The translations under genes were made by a program, and so were the position numbers. The notes beneath the pieces are model-generated. The model was not told the origin of the DNA and ran no database searches. It saw only the letters and a program-made list of their open reading frames with translations. From Oligoflexia bacterium (GTDB lineage Bacteria > Bdellovibrionota > Bdellovibrionia > JABDDW01): 56,522 bases of DNA. Below are positions 21,193 through 28,599 of the stretch, piece by piece (the first letter of the stretch is position 1; every line of letters begins with the position of its first letter). The stretch is from assembly GCA_043732305.1 (NCBI GenBank), contig JAYTHU010000207.1, forward strand, positions 1-56,522. Reading direction: 5' to 3'.

Positions 21193-22251
21193 TTGGAGGT
21201 GCAAAAAAAAATCGCCTTTAAATATTTATTGAAAACCGCATCAGGCGGACTCATTCTTTTATGTTCAATTTTCTTTGTCAATTGTACCTCTAATCGAGTG
21301 GCACCAATTCCACCGACAGACTCCACATCTGCATCCGAAGTGGTCGCCGCGATTATCAGCGGAACGGTCAACATCACGTCAAGTACGGGCACTCAGGCCA
21401 TGGCTGTTCCTAGAGGCACGAAAAACTTTTTTGCTCGGTTGAAAAATGAATTCGATATTCTGCCACAAGCCCATGCCCAGCTTGCCGCCGGGATCACTTG
21501 CCCGACGCTCCAACCGGGAGCCGGCGACGCAACTAATTGTTCAGTCAATGCAACCCCTACGACCCCTCAAATGATCATTCAATACACCTCTTGTAACATG
21601 CCTGTTTCTCCGACTGGCGTGCTGTGGCAGGGGGTGATGTATCTTACGTCTACTGGATCTTCAAATATAGCTTGGACCTGCGGAACGTTCCCCACCTTTG
21701 TGGCAGGTAACGTCATAACAAGAAGTTTCGGGGCTCCTACTGACCGAATTGTCCTCAATCCTATTGCTGGAACTTCCTCGGGACTGCCCATTCTAAACAC
21801 ACTCTTAGATACCTCATCATCCACTTACGGATCAAGTCCATTGGTCACCAATACGGGTCTCACCATCACATTCACTGGTGCCGTCGCAAGACGTGTTATT
21901 ATCAACGGGATTCATATTGGTGCAAATGTTGGCAGTTATAATGTTTGGGATTATGAGCTCAACACGGATTTAGTCACAGGCGTCACTGTTGATCTTGGAA
22001 ACAATGTCACAGCTGGAACTGTAAATATTCAAGATAGGAAAAATCCTCCTCTAGGAACAAAAGTTCAGCGAGTGGGAACATCCACAGTTGCAGGAACTCT
22101 CACCTACTCCGCGGGTTGCTGCATGCCCACGGGCGGCAGCATTCAAACCACGTGGAATGATGGAACTCCGACAGAAATTCTTGCTTTCACTGGCACTTGC
22201 AATGCTGCGACACTAAACGCCAAAAGCATCACCCTCACCCAATGCCTATAA
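21193..22251 (+). CDS. Thr/Cys-rich beta-strand lipoprotein, hypothetical
   Basis: Lipobox-like FVNC; 352 aa rich in T/G/N with several Cys; start uncertain. Confidence 0.75.
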   Translation: MEVQKKIAFKYLLKTASGGLILLCSIFFVNCTSNRVAPIPPTDSTSASEVVAAIISGTVNITSSTGTQAMAVPRGTKNFFARLKNEFDILPQAHAQLAAGITCPTLQPGAGDATNCSVNATPTTPQMIIQYTSCNMPVSPTGVLWQGVMYLTSTGSSNIAWTCGTFPTFVAGNVITRSFGAPTDRIVLNPIAGTSSGLPILNTLLDTSSSTYGSSPLVTNTGLTITFTGAVARRVIINGIHIGANVGSYNVWDYELNTDLVTGVTVDLGNNVTAGTVNIQDRKNPPLGTKVQRVGTSTVAGTLTYSAGCCMPTGGSIQTTWNDGTPTEILAFTGTCNAATLNAKSITLTQCL

Positions 22252-22991
22252 ATAAAAAAGAGTGGGGAAAACAAAGCGGTGATTCGGAAGAGAGAGTTTT
22301 TCTTGAAGGCCCTCACTCGCGATTTAAAGAACTCAAACAGCTTCTTCGGATAGTTCTCGAATGCATCCGCGGCTTTCGCACCTTACATTTTGTTGGCCCG
22401 TGCGTGACCATTTTTGGATCTGCCAGATTTCATGAAACACACCCCTATTATGCTATCACCCGCGAAGTGGGCGCGAAGATTTCGCAACTCGGTTTCACTG
22501 TCATGACTGGTGGTGGCCCCGGGCTTATGGAAGCCGCTAATCGCGGAGCAAAAGATGTGGGCGGCAGATCAGTCGGCTGCAATATTATTTTATCTCACGA
22601 GCAAGAACCCAATAAATATTTGGACCGTTGGATTGAATTCAAATTTTTCTTTGTCAGAAAATTAATGCTCGCAAAATATTCTTACGCATTCATTGCTATG
22701 CCTGGTGGATTTGGAACTCTAGACGAATTTTTTGAGATCGCCACTCTCGTTCAAACGGGCAAGATCAAAGATTTTCCATTGATTCTAATGGGCAAAGAAT
22801 ATTGGGCACCGCTGTTCGTTTTGTTTCAAGACATGATTAAGAGTGGAGCCCTCCATGATAACGATATCAAAAGAATTATGATCACTGATTCGATTGAAGA
22901 AGTGACTAACTATATTAAAGAAAATACTTTCGAGCAATTTGGTCTTACTTACGGTCAATCTCAGATGAACACATTAAGGAAGTCGAAATGA
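22242..22991 (+). CDS. LOG family (TIGR00730) nucleotide phosphoribohydrolase
   Basis: VTIFGSAR, TGGGPGLMEAANRGA, PGGFGTLDEFFE. Confidence 0.92.
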   Translation: MPINKKEWGKQSGDSEERVFLEGPHSRFKELKQLLRIVLECIRGFRTLHFVGPCVTIFGSARFHETHPYYAITREVGAKISQLGFTVMTGGGPGLMEAANRGAKDVGGRSVGCNIILSHEQEPNKYLDRWIEFKFFFVRKLMLAKYSYAFIAMPGGFGTLDEFFEIATLVQTGKIKDFPLILMGKEYWAPLFVLFQDMIKSGALHDNDIKRIMITDSIEEVTNYIKENTFEQFGLTYGQSQMNTLRKSK

Positions 22992-23407
22992 CGGACTCCA
23001 ATAAAAAAATCACTCATGTTGATTTCAAAACTCACGATTTAATTTTCAGCGAGGGCGAAGTGGGTTTCCACTTTTTTATAGTCGAGAGCGGACGGGTCCA
23101 GATTTTTACTAAAAACACGTCGGGCACACGAGTGAACATTGCGACTGTTGAAAAAGGTGAGTCTTTTGGTGAATTTGCACTTTTAGACAAAAAACCAAGA
23201 TCTGCCTCTGCCAGAGCTTTAGAGGATTGCAAAATCGCTAAAATTTCTCCAGAGGGCTACGAAGAACTTCTTGCAGAACTCCCAGTTTGGGCTATTTCCA
23301 TGATGAAATCGTTTGCACGAAGGATGAAAACAACCAATGAGATTCTCCAACAAGTGCCTCAGTTTCTTTCACGCGAAGATGACACCGTCAAAATAGAATT
23401 AAAGTAA
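22988..23407 (+). CDS. Cyclic nucleotide-binding domain protein
   Basis: IFSEGE...GESFGEFALLDKKPRSASARA phosphate-binding cassette; no HTH. Confidence 0.9.
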   Translation: MTDSNKKITHVDFKTHDLIFSEGEVGFHFFIVESGRVQIFTKNTSGTRVNIATVEKGESFGEFALLDKKPRSASARALEDCKIAKISPEGYEELLAELPVWAISMMKSFARRMKTTNEILQQVPQFLSREDDTVKIELK

Positions 23408-23503
23408 ACTTTACTCCTCACCAACATTTCATTGTATTAAACTGCGCGGCGCGTTAACATCAACCAAATATGTTGTTTGGTGTCTGATGTTGAGGGGTCG
23501 TTT

Positions 23504-24016
23504 ATGAAAAATTTATTAATGTCATTGGCTACAGTCACACTGCTCTCTACACTTTTGGCATGCCATCAAAATGGAAATGTTCAATCTGCCCCCGGAGTGG
23601 ACAAACCTGTTTTCTCCCAGTCTGAATTGCTTTCCGACACCAGCGATCTTCGTCGGAGTGAAAGAGTTTTGAGGGACTCGGGCTTCATCTTCGCAAGTTC
23701 CCAACAAGTTGAGGGACGTCGATTTAACGAAGATCAACACTCCCCGAAAAATACGCAGCAGTCCGTTCGCCGCGACGAACCTTCTGAATTTGATCTCCGT
23801 GTGTTAGCACTTCAGAATTACGTAGCTTCCGGACTTAAGTTTTGGTCCAAATACGGTCAAGATTTTGTGATTCAAAAACAAGATGGTCGAACTTACCCGC
23901 ATCGAGCAATCAATCCTAGAAAAATGGCGGAAGACCAAGCAAATATAAACTTGGCAGAGGCAGTTTTGACTGAATTGCAAGATCACCAGACATCGATGCA
24001 ATTGGGCACACGCTGA
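23504..24016 (+). CDS. Hypothetical lipoprotein
   Basis: GAGGGG RBS, lipobox LLAC. Confidence 0.7.
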   Translation: MKNLLMSLATVTLLSTLLACHQNGNVQSAPGVDKPVFSQSELLSDTSDLRRSERVLRDSGFIFASSQQVEGRRFNEDQHSPKNTQQSVRRDEPSEFDLRVLALQNYVASGLKFWSKYGQDFVIQKQDGRTYPHRAINPRKMAEDQANINLAEAVLTELQDHQTSMQLGTR

Positions 24017-24036
24017 CTAGTCTAGATAAACCAGTC

Positions 24037-24065
24037 TAGACAAATTTGCGCGCTCGCTTCAAACT
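24037..24065 (+). promoter_or_regulatory. Sigma70 promoter of the patatin gene (leaderless)
   Basis: TAGACA-17 nt-CAAACT, 6 nt before ATG 24072. Confidence 0.45.
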
Positions 24066-24071
24066 CAAATC

Positions 24072-25199
24072 ATGGGCAAAAAAACAGCACTTGTTTTATC
24101 AGGAGGCGGCGCGCGCGGGGCTTATCAAGCTGGCGCCATCAAAGCACTCATTGAGATAGCAAAAGAAGCCGGAAATGATCACCCCTTTCAAATCATAGTA
24201 GGAAATAGCGCTGGAGCGATCAATGCCGCTTATCTTGCCGCCACCGCCCATGATTGGGATAAAGCTGCCGATGGATTGGTGAATCTCTGGTCCAACATTC
24301 ACGCCAATGAAGTTTTTGCGACGGATATTAGTTCAATGGCAAAGATTGGCGCGGGCTGGATAAAAGATGTCACGATGGGATCTTTCCGAAAGAAAAATTC
24401 TGCACAAGCTTTTCTGAACACTCGCCCACTCTGGAAACTCTTGGAAGACAATATTTCTTTCGAACAACTTCAGAAAAATTTAGATAATGGACATCTTCTA
24501 CAAGTCGCTATCTCTGCCACGGATTATCAAAATTCCGAAGGAATCACATTCGTGCAATCGAGCCAAGAATTTAAACATTGGTCACGGCCTCAGAGAAGAA
24601 GCGAAAACGCGATTTTAAAAACCGCGCATGTTATGGCTTCCTCCGCGATACCATTGTTTTTTCCTCCAATTGAATTGAATGGAAGATACATGGGTGATGG
24701 TTGCCTGAGAAATACAGCGCCACTGAGCCCAGCAGTGCATCTTGGTGCTGATCGAATGGTCGCCATTGGTGTGAGACAAGAAAACAGTAAAAATCAAGCC
24801 GTGACGGCTAATAAAACTCCAAGCATTGGGCGAGTGCTCAATACACTTTTGAACGCCGTTTTATTAGATGCACTTCAGGCCGACGTCGAGCGAAGTCGAA
24901 AATTCAACCGTATTTTGAAAAATGTTGAAAGTAAGGTTCAAGAAGAATTGGGTTTAAAAGCGGTCGACGTTTTTTCCGTGTATCCGTCTGAGGATATAGG
25001 GCTTCTGGCACGCAATGAGGCAGATCTGCTTCCAAAAATCGTCCAATATTTGCTCGCTGGACTGGGTCCAATTGAAGATACTTCAGAAATTGTGAGTTAC
25101 TTGCTATTTGAACCGGGCTTTTGTAAAACTCTGGTGAACCTTGGTTATAAGGACACGATGACGGAAAAAAAATCCGCTCTCGAATTTTTCCAAGACTAA
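24072..25199 (+). CDS. Patatin-like phospholipase
   Basis: LSGGGARGAYQAG, GNSAG nucleophile elbow, ASSAIP, YMGDG. Confidence 0.93.
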   Translation: MGKKTALVLSGGGARGAYQAGAIKALIEIAKEAGNDHPFQIIVGNSAGAINAAYLAATAHDWDKAADGLVNLWSNIHANEVFATDISSMAKIGAGWIKDVTMGSFRKKNSAQAFLNTRPLWKLLEDNISFEQLQKNLDNGHLLQVAISATDYQNSEGITFVQSSQEFKHWSRPQRRSENAILKTAHVMASSAIPLFFPPIELNGRYMGDGCLRNTAPLSPAVHLGADRMVAIGVRQENSKNQAVTANKTPSIGRVLNTLLNAVLLDALQADVERSRKFNRILKNVESKVQEELGLKAVDVFSVYPSEDIGLLARNEADLLPKIVQYLLAGLGPIEDTSEIVSYLLFEPGFCKTLVNLGYKDTMTEKKSALEFFQD

Positions 25200-25218
25200 A
25201 CCATTCATCCCGAAAGAA

Positions 25219-26097
25219 ATGCCGGTGCCGCTTTTGAGAAACCTGCTGTCAGTTATTTCATTTTGCACAGCGGTCTTAGCGGTCCCAAAAGTGTCAGCGG
25301 AAATACTCCCCGCCCTTGTTCCACCAGTTTCTTGCGCTGAACGATTAACTGACTTGATCGCAAAGCAACTGCCTATTCAACGCGAGCTTTGTCGAAGCCG
25401 CGATCTAGGAATATATGAGCGACATTTTATTTTTAAACCATACCTGGATGAAAATCCCAATTGGGGTCCTAACGGGGTAGCAAGATACCTCAGAGAAATC
25501 ACAGGAGCGGCTTCACTCGAGAAGCTTGATTGGGTGAAAATGATTTCAGCGATCTCAAAATCTCGTCACGAACCTGTTCAATGGCTTGAGCTCGGCGGAG
25601 GGTTACAAATTCCTCAACGAGAAATCGCCCGCGCCAAACTTCTTAGTTCAGAGCAACTTGAAATGACTCACATGGATCTTTTCGATTGGCCGAATGATCC
25701 ACGAATGAATAAAACTGATTTATTAATTTTAAAAAAACGATTTGGTGAAAATATTTTCTCACCAGAGTTTGCACCTCGATTTATCAATGCAGATGCCCAG
25801 ACATTTTTATCTTCAAAGAAATTTGACATAATCACAGCTATTGTCATGCATATGTATCTGCCGGATGAAATCGCCGGGATTAAAAACTGGTACAACCACC
25901 TCAAAGATTCCGGTTTTATGATTATTGCCGATGAAAAACCGTTAAACAATAAGATCATCGATTTTTTAAGTTCGCTTCGTCGCAAAGAGATTAATTTTAC
26001 TTACTCAGGTCTTTATAACCAAAATGGTGCCGAGATAAAATCCAGCCTGGATATTCAGATCCTTCTAATCGAGAAAAAACCTGGAACAAGCCTTTAG
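25219..26097 (+). CDS. Class I SAM-dependent methyltransferase-like protein with signal peptide
   Basis: WLELGGG motif I, KFDIITA, WYNHLKDSG; N-terminal hydrophobic signal ending VSA. Confidence 0.7.
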   Translation: MPVPLLRNLLSVISFCTAVLAVPKVSAEILPALVPPVSCAERLTDLIAKQLPIQRELCRSRDLGIYERHFIFKPYLDENPNWGPNGVARYLREITGAASLEKLDWVKMISAISKSRHEPVQWLELGGGLQIPQREIARAKLLSSEQLEMTHMDLFDWPNDPRMNKTDLLILKKRFGENIFSPEFAPRFINADAQTFLSSKKFDIITAIVMHMYLPDEIAGIKNWYNHLKDSGFMIIADEKPLNNKIIDFLSSLRRKEINFTYSGLYNQNGAEIKSSLDIQILLIEKKPGTSL

Positions 26098-26239
26098 CCC
26101 AATCTAGTTTTGTATTTTACGTCTAAAATTTTTACGATTTTCTAAAGATAATTTCAAACTTCCCCGAACGGTCAACGTGACCGGTGTAGCGCCTTGTGTA
26201 TTACCACCGGATATAAAACCGATTCGAGGAGGAATTTTA

Positions 26240-27784
26240 ATGAAGTCATTACTTTATTTTTCTATTACCATACCCGCATTTTTCTTAACTGTAGCTATGG
26301 CCACTTCCGCTTTTGCAAAAGATGTGGTCGCCGTATTGAAACTGCAAGAAAAAATCCCAATGGAGGCACTTGCTACTGATGTGCAAGACCCCACGTCAAC
26401 ACGTTTCAACAAATTTTTTACTCCAGAAGAAATCCGAGATCTTTCTGGTCCGGATGACAGCACTTATAACGAATTCATCGCTCAGTTGAAAAAAGAAGGG
26501 TTTAAGATTATCAAAGAATCTCCAACGCATCTTTGGGTGACGATCAGCGCTGATTCAAAAATATACGATCACGCGTTCAATACTCAAGTTCAGCTTTTCT
26601 CTTCCGGATTTCACATGAATGCAGTTGCACCCAATTTTTCCGCGCATTCATTAGTTGAAAGCATTTCTGGTTTGGACAACTCTCGCAAAATGATTCCCCA
26701 TATGCGAAGACAGAGCATTTCGGAAGCTGCCAAATCCGATTATCCAAACGGAGTGCCACAATCGACCATTAAATCCGCTTACGGATTTGATCCCATTTAC
26801 AAAAGTGGAATCAGTGGTGCAGGCGAAAGCATTGCTGTCGCAACCTACTCAGGATTCCATATTGCAAATGCTCGAAAGTTTTACAAATCGTCCAAACTTT
26901 TGCCGCTCCCAATAATCGATCAAGTTAAATTTAATGGCACACCAAAGTATGATGAAAACTCGGCTGTTGAAACCGATCTCGATGCTGAATTCACGGGCAT
27001 GATTGCACCCGGAGCTAACATTCATGTGTTTGCGTCTGCGCTGAACAGTGATGTCGGCGAACTTTCAATGTTCACCGCGATTTTAGATGATAACCGTTCC
27101 AAAGTTGTGAATTACAGCTGGGGTACATGCGAAAAAAATGTCACGTCTCAACACTCGGAAGACATGAAAAAAGTTTTAGCTCGCGCTGTTGCACAAGGAA
27201 TAAATATTTTTGTGGCTTCCGGCGATAATGGTTCAGACGGTTGCGGTGACAAATCCATCGTTGTCGATTTTCCTTCAGCCAGCCCCTATGTGGTCGCAGT
27301 TGGCGGAACAACGTTTCAAGGCAACAACACCGCACCCGCAGAAATTGCTTGGAGTGGAAGCGGCGGCGGAATCAGTTCGCTATTTGATTTACCAGTTTGG
27401 CAATCGTCATTCCGCGCGCCTTACGTCAGAAGATCCAGTCCCGATGTGGGCTTCAACGCTGATCCTGCTTCAGGCGAAGCTATCTGGAGCAGCGACCAAG
27501 GTACTCAAAGCTGGCTCGTCATGGGCGGGACTAGCATGGCAGCCCCTCAGTGGGCAGGTTTCTTAGCACTGGTCAATCACGCGCGCAAAGCCATCAGCAA
27601 ACAACCGCTTGGATATTTAAATCCCTACATCTACGGGTTAACCGACTTGGAACGCGCTAGAATTTTTCACGACGTGACATCCGGAAGCAACGGCGCCTTT
27701 AACACTGGCACCAGCTGGGACGCCGTCACCGGCCTCGGCTCCATGGACGCCAGCGCCCTCCTCAACTACCTACTCAACCAGTAA
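26240..27784 (+). CDS. S53 (sedolisin/kumamolisin) serine protease with pro-domain
   Basis: GAGGAGG RBS, signal peptide (AFA), ETDLD, ASGDNG, GGTSMAAPQWAG, FHDVTSGSNG, WDAVTGLGS. Confidence 0.94.
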   Translation: MKSLLYFSITIPAFFLTVAMATSAFAKDVVAVLKLQEKIPMEALATDVQDPTSTRFNKFFTPEEIRDLSGPDDSTYNEFIAQLKKEGFKIIKESPTHLWVTISADSKIYDHAFNTQVQLFSSGFHMNAVAPNFSAHSLVESISGLDNSRKMIPHMRRQSISEAAKSDYPNGVPQSTIKSAYGFDPIYKSGISGAGESIAVATYSGFHIANARKFYKSSKLLPLPIIDQVKFNGTPKYDENSAVETDLDAEFTGMIAPGANIHVFASALNSDVGELSMFTAILDDNRSKVVNYSWGTCEKNVTSQHSEDMKKVLARAVAQGINIFVASGDNGSDGCGDKSIVVDFPSASPYVVAVGGTTFQGNNTAPAEIAWSGSGGGISSLFDLPVWQSSFRAPYVRRSSPDVGFNADPASGEAIWSSDQGTQSWLVMGGTSMAAPQWAGFLALVNHARKAISKQPLGYLNPYIYGLTDLERARIFHDVTSGSNGAFNTGTSWDAVTGLGSMDASALLNYLLNQ

Positions 27785-27839
27785 AGGTACGCCGTACCGT
27801 ATCCGGCGTTGTAAAGCCGGATACGGTACGGCGTACTTT
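27785..27839. repeat. REP doublet (REPIN-like hairpin), left end of the RAYT element
   Basis: Perfect 21-bp inverted repeat GTACGCCGTACCGTATCCGGC (27787-27807) / 27816-27836 with an 8-nt loop; each arm carries the GTAC-GCC-GTAC palindrome. Confidence 0.92.
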
Positions 27840-27937
27840 ATCATCCGTCCGGTTATGTCCAAAGTCCGGAACTGAATGCGTTCCAAAACAAACATATCTC
27901 CTTACCAGTGCGCAAGGGATTTGCAGATACTACTTTT

Positions 27938-28573
27938 ATGCCGCGCAAGAGATTCCAATTTACAACCGAATTCAAATATCACGTGTCCGCGAGATGCCTA
28001 AACAAAGATTGGTTTGAAATGCCATTGTCAGAGGTTTGGGAAATTTGCTCGGAATACTTATACTTTTGCAATCACGCCTTTGGCCTGCAGATTTCTTCGT
28101 TTGTACTAATGAATAATCATTTTCACATGTTGGTTCAAACCCCTGACGCTCCTCTATCAGAAATTATTAATTATTTTATGAGGGAAGTAAGTAAAGCAAT
28201 AAGTAGACAAACCGGGCGAATAAATCAAACGTTTGGAGGTCCGTATTATTGGTCGATTTTAAAAACCAATATCTATCAGTTGCATGCTTATAAATATGTT
28301 TACAGAAATCCCGTGCATGCCGGCCTCATCGAAAAAGTAGAAGACTACAAATTCAGCACACTCGGTTCACTTTTAGGTCGCGAACCTTTAATCATTCCGG
28401 TTACGGAAGATAAAATTTTATTTCCAAATCCCGAAAAGACTCTCAACTGGCTCAACACTGAATATGGTCAGAAAGATTTTGAGGCAATTAAGTTTGCCAT
28501 TAGAAGGAAGGAATTTCGCTTTGGAACAAACAAAGACCGAGCTCCAAATCCTTTGGAGGCTCAGGTCATCTAG
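27938..28573 (+). CDS. REP-associated tyrosine transposase (RAYT / Y1_Tnp, IS200-like HUH)
   Basis: MPRKR...YHVSARC, FVLMNNHFHML (HUH), YVYRNPVHAGL (catalytic Tyr), YKFST; flanked by REPs. Confidence 0.92.
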   Translation: MPRKRFQFTTEFKYHVSARCLNKDWFEMPLSEVWEICSEYLYFCNHAFGLQISSFVLMNNHFHMLVQTPDAPLSEIINYFMREVSKAISRQTGRINQTFGGPYYWSILKTNIYQLHAYKYVYRNPVHAGLIEKVEDYKFSTLGSLLGREPLIIPVTEDKILFPNPEKTLNWLNTEYGQKDFEAIKFAIRRKEFRFGTNKDRAPNPLEAQVI

Positions 28574-28584
28574 GTTTGCGGAAG

Positions 28585-28599
28585 AGGTACGGCGTACCT
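28585..28599 (-). repeat. Single REP palindrome, right end of the RAYT element
   Basis: AGGTACGGCGTACCT, the reverse complement of the 27785 core; abuts the ahcY TAA. Confidence 0.88.

Larger units (their letters stand above)
27785..28599 (+). mobile_element. RAYT-like element: HUH transposase gene bounded by inverted AGGTACGCCGTACC palindromes
   Basis: Forward palindrome at 27785, reverse at 28585-28599, enclosing only the Y1 transposase; fills the whole gap between two convergent stop codons. Confidence 0.8.

Noticed and set aside
24015..24042. Short AGTCTAGA direct repeat between the lipoprotein and patatin genes
   Set aside because: Only two 8-mers, one overlapping the predicted -35 box; too little to call an operator or repeat family.
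27785..27839. CRISPR repeat or plain rho-independent terminator
   Set aside because: No spacer array or cas genes. The sequence recurs at 28585 and 52419 and is tied to an HUH transposase, so REP is the better call, though it may also terminate transcription.
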